The position numbers were made by a program, and so were the translations under genes. The notes under the pieces are model-generated. The model had not been told where the DNA came from. It saw nothing but the letters and a program-made list of their open reading frames with translations, and made no database searches. Positions 40,831 to 54,032 of a stretch of DNA of 64,000 bases are shown here, one piece after another (the first letter of the stretch is position 1; every line of letters begins with the position of its first letter). Origin of the DNA: Lingula anatina. Its lineage: Eukaryota; Animalia; Brachiopoda. The DNA lies in the NCBI GenBank assembly GCA_051362555.1, contig CM120642.1, forward strand, positions 3,906,001 to 3,970,000. Direction: 5' to 3'.

Positions 40831-42780
40831 ATATATCTGGATCAAAGACCTGACATAAGAAAATATATTGATATATAAAGTTACACTGGTGAAAGGGTCT
40901 TTTGATGTGAGGAACCAGAATAAAACAGGTGAGATTCAAAACAAGCAGTCTTACTTCCCAGCATGAAATAAATGGCATTTCTTTTTATAAAAATAGAGAC
41001 ATACAGACTTTGGTAAGTGTTGAAGACAGTGTCAAACAGATTTGTCAATGCCTTATCCAGAACAAATATCCTGACAAAAAAAAAAAAAAAATCAGAAAAA
41101 AAGAAACCACAATAGATAACCTACATGTATGTAATAAGAACACCACACAATGAATGCTTCAAAGTTGCATTGCAGATTATCCCGTTTCATTACTCTATCA
41201 AACAGATTTCTCCTAGAAACCACCTATCTTTCCATTCTCCTGGTAAAAATGCCACAAAGCTTTAGAAAATAAAGCAACTCCTGAACTATTAGATGACAGT
41301 AATAGACCACAGTTCAGGAAAATGTCACATTTGCATCCATCATTTCTCCTGTAATAAAAATCTGTTGCATTTCTTGGTAAGACAGGGTGGAGGTGAGGTC
41401 CTGCGGGAGATGCAGAGATAGTGGGACATTGATGTTTCAGAGTACGGCGAGGCCTCATATGGGAAGAAAAATATGAGGCAACTCAAAGTTATAGGATGAC
41501 AGCAGAAAAAAAAACACCTTGGATATAATTTTTTTTGGAGGGGGGGCTTCAAAGGGGTTATAGATATACTGTATGGTCTTTAAATAATATGGGGATTTAA
41601 AGGACTAGACAGATATAGGGATTTCTAAGATTGAAATCAAAGTAAATACTAGCTGGTATATTGGGGTAGGGCAAGGTTTCAGTCAGGGTAAATTGTTAGG
41701 CTCTCAAACAAACTGTATATCTGAAACATACTGGTGCATTGCAGCAAGATGTTAGTAAAAGGGGGATTACGACAGCTCTTTCATGTGTTTAGGGGGGGGG
41801 GGGGAGGGGAGTAAAATATGAGATGGAATTCAGCCACCTTTAAAAGATCAACCAATGCAATTCCTTTACTGTTAAAACTTTCTCAATTTGACTGAAAACT
41901 GATAAATTTTTCCAAAATATTCTTTCTTCTGCATAATTACCCCCAAAAACATGATGCCAAAAATAAACAAAAAACTCATGACGAAGAAATCATGTTCTTG
42001 TGACCAAGCTATTCAAAAACTCATGTTTTTAAGTGACAACAAATTTAAAATCAGATATTTATAAGTAATTACCATAATTCTAGCTTTATATCCCCTAACA
42101 GAGTCAGACCCTGCCACTTGTTCAGTCTGACAGCCTTTTCAGAAATAAAATCATTTCACATCATAAAAGTGTTTCTAGAAAATTTCAACAGATCAAAACA
42201 TGCCAATTCTTTTCCATTTTAGACACCAAAACACCACATCAATATCAAATAATTAAATAGTCTTTCAAGCAAATTCTTTTAAGTCTTTAGCCTCCACCTC
42301 CTCCTTATTTATAACAGAAATAAACAATTAACCTATAACACCTGCCATTTCTCATATCAATACTATAGTTGTATCCCCACCTCTTCATGCATAAACATTT
42401 TATATCACCTGTCAGATATGTCGTTACATCTAAATGATCAAAACTGAAGGCAAGTTCATTCACTGACAAGCTGTATTCTGCACGTCAACAGCTATATACC
42501 CATGTTTCCATCCATTCCCCTCTCTGGCACTCTGAGTGATGAATCAAACAGCTTTTTTTTCTTTACACCGATGAAATAAACATGGCTAGGTGCAGATCCA
42601 TGCTTCTGAGCTGTCACCAAAAGTGAAATCTATTTGCACTGATCTGATAAGCTATCGGCTCACAATTTGAATTTTTATCACTTTTTTCCACATGAGCTAT
42701 CAGGATGAATCAGACAGAAGCCAGCTGCATCTGGGACCTAATCTAAAAGTGCATGGTCCCCATTTGTTGGCTGGTTGCTT

Positions 42781-42793
42781 GGATGGATGGATG

Positions 42794-42847
<54 letters not shown>
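42781..42847. repeat. (GGAT)n(GA)n microsatellite
   Basis: Read directly from the sequence. Confidence 0.95.
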
Positions 42848-42850
<3 letters not shown>

Positions 42851-45800
42851 CACAAACCTTTTGTATAGCAAAATAGCTGTCTCTGATGGAATCTAGCTGG
42901 CTGCACACATTCTTCAGTTTCCACTTGACATTAAAAGCTTTTTCATCAGCAGCCACCCTGCACAAAATCCTGGCCCTCTATGATAAGACTTCAAAGATAC
43001 AGTTTACAGTTAAACAGCTCCTAATTGTTCCATCTTTTGTAACTTGAGGTCTTTGTTGCCAAGCAAATTAAAAGGAAACAAAGCAGCCAAATGGTGGTTT
43101 TGTTCAGTGAATATGCTAATAGTATGGTTAATTTCATCACAAGGAAGGAAAAAAAGGCGCTGGGTCGATTGTTCATCTGTCTCCATGGTACGACAGCGTA
43201 AGATAGGGTGAAGAATTATGCATAGTTATTACAGAAATCAAATTGTCAATTGAATCCCAGGGGACAGAAACTAAATCTTGGTAATTGAAGCGGACAACTG
43301 GCAGCATGAGAAGACAATATGCAGTCAGCAGAATATCTTCTGCCTTCATATCTTTATAAAAAAATAACAACAAGGAAATAAAACCCTTAAACACAGTCAA
43401 AATCCAACTCCATTGTTGCTTAATGCAGGAAACTGTTTGAAACGCCAGCTCTGATTATTTTAACCAAAGGAAAGTGATAGAAAGCAATCAGTTCTATTCA
43501 CATTCAATTCAAATTCCCAGCCAGTGGTAAGTCCCCTTTTAATTAATTAGTTCTCCTGTCATGACCCTCTGTTAAGTCCTTGCTATCAGCTCCCTAGGCC
43601 TGTGGATTAATATATGGGAAGGTCCTTCTTAATTAAGCCAGGGAGGAGTGAATTGCATGGTGATCACCACAGAGGCGGGAGGGTCTCCACCCACCACACA
43701 TGGCTGGCAAGCTGCTGCCTTTAAGAACGGACAACCGGACAGGTCATCTTGTTATGTCCATCTGGGTCCTGAATCTCTCTGATTGTCTTCAGGTTTTAAT
43801 TGGCAAAGAAATAACACTGGCAGATCTAAGGTTTTATAAAAAGTGGTTGTGGTCAGATGGGAGTTGGGGGTGTATAAGGTGGGCTGGGGAGGGGTGGAGG
43901 CTGAGGGAAAAATGGAGGGAAACAGGGGTATAAACATCAGTTTGACTTACTAACTTGCTGGACATGTACACTGTATGCAGCCAAGTGTTTTTAGTGGAGC
44001 TATGACCAAGCTATATACATGACCCCTCCCCTGAGTCTCCCTATCATGTAGTGCAGGCTCTTTTGAAGAATTTGATACAATATATTTATTATATTAATTT
44101 CATTTAGATTTCCCCTCATTTCATTCATATTAAATACTTATGGGCATTTATTTTATTTTGGGTGAGGGCAGGGCAGCAGTGTTGGAAGAGCAATACAATT
44201 TTACCACTTAATATATACTTGATGAAGTAAACTTTTATTATCACAGACTGTTTGAAAATTCAGCAGATAAAATTTTGGGCCTATGACATAAAGTTACATA
44301 AAATGAAATCAAGGGAAAGAAAACAATGACAGACTAAAACAACATGATGATTCACATATTATGCAGTCAAGCATAATCCAAATCTATTGAAGGCAGGAAG
44401 ATGATACATGAAATTTATGCTTTAAAAGACCATAACCCAGGTCTTTCCAAAAATGAAATGGTCATATTGGCATTTATCCCTTACAAGAAGGGGGGAGGGG
44501 GGGGGGGACAAGAGGCTCACAGAAACTTAACATGTATTCTTCAAATCCGCATTTTTCTGTGTGAGCATTTTGTTAATAATATTTAGATCTTACTCCAGAC
44601 AAAACTTGACTGATAAAAAAAAACAATCAAACTCAAAATAGATATTCCAGTGTTGTGGCACTGATGGTGACAAAATTATTTTGCATTTTTTCACAAACAG
44701 CCACACATGTAGACCCAATAAGAACATATTAAAAACATGTGTATACATCCTGGACCTCCTATTTAGAACCACACAAGACGGCTGTCACTGTTGTCACTGT
44801 TCCTCTGATACGTATTATGAGATCACTACTGTTGTGTAGGAAAACAAAAGCAGTTTGTATCGAAACAGAGAAATGTCATAATGCTGTCAAAACAGGGACA
44901 ACAGCACCCTTGTAGCTGATTTCATAACATAATCCTGTAAAGTACGATTATCAAAGAAAGTTTTTGTAAAAAAAGTATGTGTTACACATTATCTGAGCTA
45001 ACAAAGAGAAACTTGTTTTGTACTGCTTTCAAAACTACTTTCACTACTTTCAAAACAGATAAACCTTCCTGTCCCATACTAAAACAAATTCCAGATTTGT
45101 TCACTAACAAAAAATATCCCAATTACATAGTATACTGTTTCTGGTTTTCATTTCTCCTACTATAAATGTACCAAAATACAAAATCATACTGGATTATCAG
45201 CTTCTTAACTGTTAGTTTATATATTTCATACATGTAATCTTAAATCTATTAAGTCTGTTACATGTAAGTATATTGGAAAATTGCTAGATTAAAATTAAAA
45301 AATGATAAACAAATGTTATTACATATGAATGGATGACAAATTTCAAATAAAAAAGTTTTTATATTTTCTTTTGTTTTTTAAGAACTGAATAAAATCAATG
45401 CTGGTATTGTCTACATAGCACAGTAAGGAAATAAAGTTCAAAGGAATCCCAGTGTCTGCACAATTCTCCAAAACTTCACTCACCTCCTGAAGTCCAACTC
45501 CACACCAGAGACAGCTACACAGAACATCCCAGTCTCAAATTATTGATTCTGAGCTAAATCAACTTAATGGTATGAATTTGAGAAAGTGCTTTCTAAATGC
45601 AAAGTGTGACTGTACAAAAAGAGGACTATTAAGCCAAGCCATACAATGCACAAAAATTGATTTCATTTCACTGTTAAGTGATGTAATGTCCCGGGTAATT
45701 AACTTTTGATTGCTGCTATCATAGCATCTTAATTCCCTCATACAATATGCTGCCTTTTATGACAGTCTAATTCTTTTCTCCTGACAGATCCCAATGAACT

Positions 45801-48800
45801 TAACAAGTCACTTTATTTATATCAGCTGTCCATTGGGATGCATCAGTCTGCTTTATCTGTCTGTCTGTCCGTCCGTCTGGCTCCTCACACCTCTAGAGTG
45901 TTAACATTTGCCTCTTGTCCCCAACAAGTCCACGTGATAGAATGTATAGACAATGTATAGTAATAGAGTTGCACTCAAACATCCAGATTTTTATAACTTT
46001 TTATGAAGACTCCTCAGCTTACAAGGACACAAGACCATCCTCTTTATAGTTATACCTTGGTACTTGGTACTTGGTTTTAGCAAATTAAAGTCTATGTAAT
46101 CAGCAACTGCTATCAGCAATTAGTGTAATTTAAAAGTGTGGACATATTAATATTAAGATATCAAAGTTAAGTAAATAGATTAGTACTGCAAATGATTTGT
46201 ACCATACTCACTTATTTATTTCCTTTTTTGGAAAAAAACATTCTAATATATGCACTTAAGACTCAACATTTATAATTTGGGATAACAGAACTTTGTATGA
46301 AGCAAAATTTTATGTATTTATTTGTTTATTTTTTGTGTAGTCCATTTGTACAAAAATTAAGATACTAAAGATACAAAAAATATCAATTACTTTTTTCTTT
46401 GTATGCGGTGGTAATCTGATTTGCCCCATCAGATTGAATAATTGGCACTTCTACTACATCAAAAGAAAAATAATAATGATGTTTATTTCAAATTGTTCAG
46501 TTTTTCAGCAATGTTTCACATAAGAACTATGGTTCTCCAACATCTCACAGACACCAAAATAATGGGGATCAATGTTCTAACATTAGCTCTTAATAAGTAA
46601 CCAACTTGACTTTCATAGCAAATAATGAAAAAAAAAATGTTCAAAATTTTCAGCTGTTCATTACAGACAGATGATAATGAAAAAAAAACAGTTTTTCCAC
46701 TGATATATGCTGTTTCTTCTACTTTAATTGTGATAGTAATATGATGGGACTGCTCACCCATCATCAGCCTTTGTTTCAAGATTCCAGCTCAATTGCATAT
46801 TCATTAGATGCAAACGAATGTATATTTTTATCATTCAAAGACAGATCAATTCCTGTACCAATCAGAAAAACAAAACACCCATGAATGGCATGTGTGAGAA
46901 GACTCTCAATCAGACAGAACTTGGCTCGGTATCAGATCACTTTCCATACTGAATAATGGCAATTAAGTTCTTTTGTTTCAAGATACTATCAATATCAATG
47001 TTCAGTTTCTAATGCAGTTAATTTCTTCATTAGCTCTGTCAGCTGGAATACCTGAGTCATTAAAATGAAATTTAACCAGAGAAAGAGAATATTTAGTGAA
47101 AATTATCAGTCTTCAACATCATGGTGTCTTGACTGCTGCCAAAAGTAAGCTGGCCTGTACATTTCCTATGTACACGTAATGAAGTCAAGTTCACACTTTA
47201 TAAACCTGCAGTCACTTTTGATCTTAAGATGTTTGTTAAAATGAAGAATCATTATGTGTGAAAATGTGCCTGCGATTCAAAACTTTAAAAGGCAAGATTT
47301 TGAAATCCACACAAAATGTCCTAAATTTAATAAAATCCATTCATATTTTTCAAAATGACCAAGCAATTTAGGTGAATAACATATCATTTACACAGAACAA
47401 TTTATTTCAGCCTTTAGAGTGGAATTTTAAGAACTTTTGTTGGACAGTTTAGTGGAGAGAAAGGGAACATTGATGAAATTAATGAGTCCATCTTCAGGAA
47501 AAGTTGACTGCAGGACCTCTTGCAGAGACTATACTTGTATATGACAGACCTGAAAACTGCTCTGTTCTTACCAGTGGCTATATATTAGGATCTAAAAGAA
47601 ATCTGTGCTATATAGCCACAGAAATGAAATTGCATCAGCTTTTAGTACCAAATCATATTGATTCATCTTTTCAAAGTGACAAATCCACTCCATGATTTTT
47701 TTCATTTCGTTCCAATTAATATCCCACAGTACCCTAATCCTCTGCTTAGCCCAACTATTTTTTACAATAAAGCCCCATCATTTTCCAAGCTGGATATCGA
47801 GATCGAGAGTCTGTGTCCTAGTGTGCATCCAAAGCACCAAATCCATGCTGTGCTCTTTTCCGTAACACTATTAAATATTCTTATCACTAACATGAAAGCC
47901 CGAGAGATTTCAGCTCTACGAACAGTTCACAAAGAAGCGGCGTCTTTCCTATCTGGTGCCAGGCAACCCTCTGTCCTAGGAAACACAGGACACAAATGAT
48001 GGCTGACCCAGGCTTCCTCGTCTACAGGTTATTGCCAATATCTTTGCGGAAAGTCTTCTCCTAGATCTACCCTTGTGTAATTCATCACTCAACCAACATC
48101 ATGACTTAAAAGACTCAGACGTCTCATTAATAAGTGTGAAAGGAGTAGATTAAAGCTCTGAATAGGCACATTAATAACCTTTCATTTAATGGCACGGAAA
48201 AAGATTGGCAAAGATGAGGCTTTAATTAAGCAACTATTTTTTTTGCTGGGCAGCATCTCTTTTTCAGATCCATCTGGGAGTAAACACAATGCCAACAGCC
48301 AGTAAGTGGTGTTGGTGGTATTAAGGAGAAAAGTTTAAACATAAAGCACCAATCAATGCCAATGGAAAGCTATACTTATTACAGTCATAGGTTGCCAACT
48401 CCGCTATTTGAGCATATTCTTCATTTGGGATGCGTTTACCACTGTGCCAACTTAAACTGGAAATAGTGCAACTGATTTTACCAATAGTTTAACATGGAAT
48501 TTGATTTCCCTACTATAATAAGGCGGTTGTGTGTGGGAGGAGTCCTGTAGGGTACATTCATATATTCTGCTAATATAAGACATCATTTTCACTGCTGCAT
48601 TTATAAGCCATGTACATTGTGCAATTAAAAAAAAATACACAGATCAACTGAAAGTTAAGTATTACCATCAGTAATGGAACACAAAAACATTCATTTGGAA
48701 ACTGATCATAAAAAGTGTCAACGTCAGATACAATGTACTTATTTGATATACAGACCTAGTTGTGCCCACTAGCAACTGGCTGGAAACTGTTTATGCCAAA

Positions 48801-50403
48801 CATGCAATGAATGTGCACAAATGAAGGTTTGAAAATGAAGGAGCTGGCAAGTTTTCTTACCAGTAGTAGTTAACCTGACATATACCACTATACATAACAA
48901 TGCACATGCCATACACTATTCACACATAACAGGACAATGTTTTAATGTATCAGAGGAGCTAGAAGCAATGCCACCCTAGACACAACCTGCTGCAATGGAC
49001 AGGTGTGATATAAGGGTACAGGGAATAGTCTCAGACAACACCTGGTCATTGCTAGTTTAAATCAAAGTACTTAAGATTTCAGATTAACTGCTATAACTGC
49101 TGTTTTTGTTGTAAAGAAAGAATATATTATATTTCTATGTGTTGTTTACAATGTTTTTATTGTGAAATATAGATCTCATATGAAGAGCTGTTATCCCTTT
49201 AAGTAAGATTTTTTTAAAAACACACTAAATCACTCCTTGTTGAAGTTATCAGAGGATAAGTAATGCTTTTCGGTTATTTTTATTAACAGATAAATGTCAT
49301 AATTGAATTAATGTTCCCCAATATCATTTCTTTACTTTTCCAGATTGTTTCAGAGTTATGGTGAGTATGAGGCAAGGAGGATCAAAAGTTGGTTAGTCAG
49401 GAATTATTTGTAGTAAAATCTTTCATTGTTTCAATTAAGATTGAAATTAAAAACAAATCATACTTTCTTCACTTAAACCACAGCAAATCAGTAGGCTAGT
49501 CATCCATATTAGACCAGCTTTAGATAAAAGAAAAAACAGCCTGTTTAAGTAATCAAACACAACTTTGGATAGTAATAAAGAAATGGCTCAGTGGCGTAAT
49601 GGACAGGGTTTGGGGGTTGCTTATGATGGAATACCAAGAAGAAAAAATTCAATTTCTTATTTAAGTTGGAAAAAATTATATCCGTTAAATGCTGCAGATA
49701 TCATGGAACAAATCTTAATAAAATTTTCAGCCTTTAAGTAATCATTATAACGACATCAGTCTAAGAGATTTAAAGGCATACAATGACCAGTAGATAATTA
49801 TCCAGCACAAAAATGAAATTTTCCTAGAAAATTCTGCGCTTTTTCCCTAATCACCAACTTATATTCTCTCCAAAATTATGATCTACAAAACCTCTGTGGA
49901 ATTTACAAGAAAACATCCCAACGACAATAAATCAAAAGAAAAAGTAAATGAATAAATGACTGAATAAAAAATTTTTTTTCAATGCACATAAAAAATAAAA
50001 ACTTCAAAGCATCAATATCCTTGACATGTCCTATATATCTGGGAGATAATGGATAATTTCCAGGTAAAGTAAAATTGGCCTACATGACAGTTGGGTCCCA
50101 GGTGCCAGTACAGAAGACTAATGTATTTTACTGTCTGTAAAACCCATTTGTCGAGTACACTGACTCTGCGTATGCATTCCCTCATTTAGTGATAGTCCTA
50201 CCCATTATGTTCTAGAGTGAAACCGATCTTCTGAAATCAAAACTCAGCCAAATCCCACACCACTTGAACTTTCCTGCCCAACAGAGGATGTGACAAATCA
50301 TTCAATTTTTTGCTTCAATGATTTCTGAACCTCTCACACTTAATGATATTAAGATCCTTTCTACTCTCTATCACAGGCAGGGCAGCTTCAAATATTTATT
50401 TCT

Positions 50404-50443
50404 TTATTACCTCCAACAAGGAGGTTATGTTTTTGTTCCTGTT
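50404..50443 (+). mobile_element. Fragment resembling the end of Helentron-associated (DINE/HINE-like) repeats
   Basis: TTATTACCTCCAACAAGGAGGTTATGTTTT contains the ACCTCC/GGAGGT hairpin. Recognised from memory of this repeat type; very short. Confidence 0.4.
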
Positions 50444-50799
50444 AATTATGGTAATTACTCTATATTTTCAATGGGCAAAAATTATCAAACTTTCAGATTC
50501 ATCATTTTATAATCACTATATATAATAACTGAGCTGGATGTGAAAGATGAACTTGGAAAATAAATTTAAAAGGGAACATGATTTGGATGTCATGACTGAG
50601 GCATGTTTGCTGCAATGCCTAATAAAATTCCAAGTCCTGTAAATGGCCTTATAGCTTCATATACTCACGTGTTCGACAAATCATACATGCACTGAATTAG
50701 GAATGTAATAGTACTTAAGTATATACTATTGGTTGCCAAAGCAACAAAGAGAAAAGCATTTATAAACAAGCAAAGTGGTGGAGGGAAGGTCAGACAGAC

Positions 50800-51100
50800 A
50801 GATGTATGTGTGTGTGTGTGTGTGCATGTGTGTGTGTGTGTGTGTGTGCATGTGTGTGTGTGTGTGTCTGTGTTTGTTTGTCTGTATGCATGTGTGCACG
50901 TGTGTGTGTGTGTGTGTGTGTGTCTGTGTGCATGTGTGTGTGTGCATCTGTGTGCATGCATGTGTATACGTGTATGTGTGTGTATGTGTGTGTCTATGTG
51001 TGTATGTGTGTGCGTGTATGTTTGCCTGTGTGCGTGTGCGTGTGTGTGTGGTTTTGTGTGTGGATGTATGTGTGTATGTACGTGAGTGTGCATGTGTGTT
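50800..51100. repeat. Degenerate (TG)n array
   Basis: Read directly from the sequence; source of the CV/HT-rich spurious ORFs. Confidence 0.95.
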
Positions 51101-51821
51101 TACATTGTACCAAGAGAGGGTGTGTGCTGTTGTTGAGTGTATGCCATTCCATTCCTCAAGGGCACCATGAGCATATGATATCACAGCCACTAAATGGAAA
51201 TGGGGGACACCATGCCAGTTTTGAATGTAAATAGCATTTAGGAGAAGCCATCCTTTGCCAAAAGTAAAATCATCCAGATTTTACTAAAAGGAAATCAAGA
51301 TTCGGCAAAAATCCAAAGCTGTCTCTGGTGGCCGGAGAGCACTTTTACAGGACAGACTAGCCGGCACTTAGACACATTACATCCAGAACCTACAAGTGCT
51401 CAGAGCTCTCTAATTGGATAATGCTACTGATTCCAAATGAAAACTAGGTTAGCTGTGCCCCCTGGGGCAACTTCCAATGAAAACAATGGCAGAAACGTAT
51501 ATGCTCCATTTCCCTGCTCAAATGTTAACATTTGTTTCCCTTTCCCAGTTTTTGGAATTGTTTTTAAATCTCTGAAAACACATACAGTATTTGGATTGAG
51601 ATTTAATTTCCCCTGATTTTTGATTATTCCAATCTCTTAAAAATAGCCAAGTAAGTATGAAATTTAATCATAATCTTTTTTTATCATTCAGCTTTTGATT
51701 TCACTGATCAAGCTGACAGCTCTATTGGGCAGTTACATCTGACTGCAATCACTCTTGGGAGATCAATTATATCTCTTAACAGGTTTATATATATATGCAC
51801 TGTATATGTATATACCATATA

Positions 51822-52190
51822 TCCAGCAATTTCAAAAAGGGATTTTTTTTTCTGAAAAAGACCTTTTTAGTGCAAAACCTACAACCATTCATACCCTACA
51901 CAGTAGAACCATAGAACCCAGGCCAGTAGCCAGGGGGAGGGTTCAGGGGGGAGGTTTAGAAAGAACCACCCCTTTTGGTGGGAAAAGGTCGACTCTGGGT
52001 AAAATTTGATCTAGATACATTAAGTTTTTATGGAAAAGGGTCCACTTTTTCAGAAAAAGAACCCCCTTTTGAAATTGCTGGCTACGGGCCTGGATCCTAC
52101 TATAGCTAACTTGTACATTCAATTTTTATCCAGAGCAGACCTTTTCCCTGGCCCAAAGGTGTATTCTTTCCAACCACCCATCCACCTTTC
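51822..52190 (+). mobile_element. Older family A MITE interrupted by a younger inverted copy
   Basis: 5' part CCAGCAATTTCAAAAAGGG at ~51823 and 3' part ATCCAGAGCAGACCTTTTCCC at ~52128 flank the insert. Confidence 0.65.
51919..52092 (-). mobile_element. Near-intact family A MITE (174 bp)
   Basis: TIRs CAGGCCAGTAGCCAG and CTGGCTACGGGCCTG (14/15 match); no clear TSD. Confidence 0.85.
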
Positions 52191-53183
52191 CCCCGCCCCA
52201 AACTCTCCTCTCCCCACCTATGAATCTCTGACCAATTGTTCTGCACTTGATTCATCTGACAGACAGATTGCCATATCTCTGACCAATTTTTATAATCTGG
52301 GATCAAGTAACAGATGGGGGACTTCAATGATGTAGTAAAAGACGGACTCTCAAGACACAATTATATTGATTTTGGTGAACTTTGACAGGCTGTGGAAATA
52401 TATTTGAAATACTGTCTAATCTAATTCACTTCAGAATGACATCTTTTCAGACAAACAAGTTAATAATGTTTCAGATGGTGTCAAAGAAAATGAAAAGGGA
52501 GAAAAGTCCTAGGGAATTAAGTGATTAATAAATTATTGCAAAATGAGACACTTCCAAAGTTAGCTCATGTCTAAAAACTAACATGAATTAAAAGTCACCA
52601 TGTGTTTAAATCATTGGAATCAACTTGTATTTTAATCTTGCACCCTGTAACATATCTTTTAAAAAAAGAGTTCATGATTCACATGAATTCAAATTTTAAC
52701 TGCATTTAATAATAATAATAATCTTTATTGAGTACTAAAACGTGTACAGGTACCATTTTACAGGCTCTGTGCTCTACTTTAAGTTTTATAACTATATTAT
52801 CTTTAAAAGCTTTTTTGATGTAAATGCAGAATAAGCCAAAATCATATACAGATAATTCATGCAGAGAATATATGAGAGAGAGAGAGAGAGAGAGGGAGGG
52901 AGAGGGGGAGGAGGGAGAGAGAGGATAGAGAGAGAGGAAGAGAGAAAGAGATCGAGAGAGATAAACTTATTACATAAATATACGTAATACTTGTACAAGT
53001 CAGGTATGCACCATACAACGCATGTCTAGTTACAATTAAAATACAATCATAAATAATCAATAATGACTGCCAGTATCAAATATAACAAGCACTAAGTGCA
53101 GTCCCATTTGTACCACAAAAGATTTGAAAAATTGGTTTTGCAGACAGCAGATACAGGACTATATAATTACCACGGTTGTTAAA

Positions 53184-53402
53184 CAGGCCAGTTTATAACC
53201 AGCAGTTTTTTTTTTTTTTTTTTTTTTTGGGGGGGGGGGGGTCTTTTTCTAAAAAAATTGGATCTTTTTTGCCCTTTTAGCTGTCCTAACATGAGAAATA
53301 GAATGAAACCTAGATCCAATATCCATTCAGAGTAAGCCTTTTCCAACGAAAAGGGTGGTTCTTTGCCCCCCCCCCCCCCACCCACCAGCCTTAAGGGCCC
53401 TG
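53184..53402 (+). mobile_element. Degenerate family A MITE
   Basis: CAGGCC..CCAGCAG..GGGTCTTTTTCTAAAAAA..CCTTTTCC..GGTGGTTCTTT..GGGCCCTG. Confidence 0.65.
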
Positions 53403-53948
53403 ATAAAGTGCTTATAGTATTGTAACATACACACTCATGATACTTTGTCTTAAATCAGAATTAGAGTTGTCAGTTGTAAGCTTTTACACATATTCTGTAC
53501 ATTTTTTAATCATGAATTCACGTTTTCAGGCACAATAAATCATTTGAGGGCAAAAATGTTGGCTACCCTGGAGAATTTAAATACAGAATATGCCCTATAC
53601 TAAAGCTAAATGAAATAGAAATATCATAACTGTCACTTTCAAAGACTTCAAAGCAACTATGCCAAATGTGAAGTACAGAAGAAATTTGCTTTTGATTAAA
53701 ATGGTACATATGTCTGCATACAAAAGCTATATCACATACCATACCAAATTACCTTTATTCTTAATAAATAAATAATAAAAGCTAGAGAACTTATTATATA
53801 ATATAAAAGACCATGCTTTCTATGGCAACCCCTACAGACTGTACTTCAGAACAAGAAAGTTTCTCCCTAATTGTGTAGTTCCATGTGCAATTTTGGTCCA
53901 TTTTGAAACTGAAGCTCTGTCGACCAGAGAACATTACATAATCCTTAC

Positions 53949-54032
53949 CTGGGAAGCCTCTTGCAGAGCCAATCAAATAAACACCATAGCACCAACTTGG
54001 TATTGCCACTGAAGCCTTGCCAAGTGTCTTAT
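53949..54032 (-). other. Candidate 84-nt symmetric exon
   Basis: ctctgctggctacag|ATAAGAC..TTCCCAG|gtaagg; the phase-1 frame is open (KTLGKASVAIPSWCYGVYLIGSARGFP). The acceptor is mediocre. Confidence 0.3.

Noticed and set aside
50665-51234. Five ORFs of 118-154 aa
   Set aside because: These are translations of the TG array.
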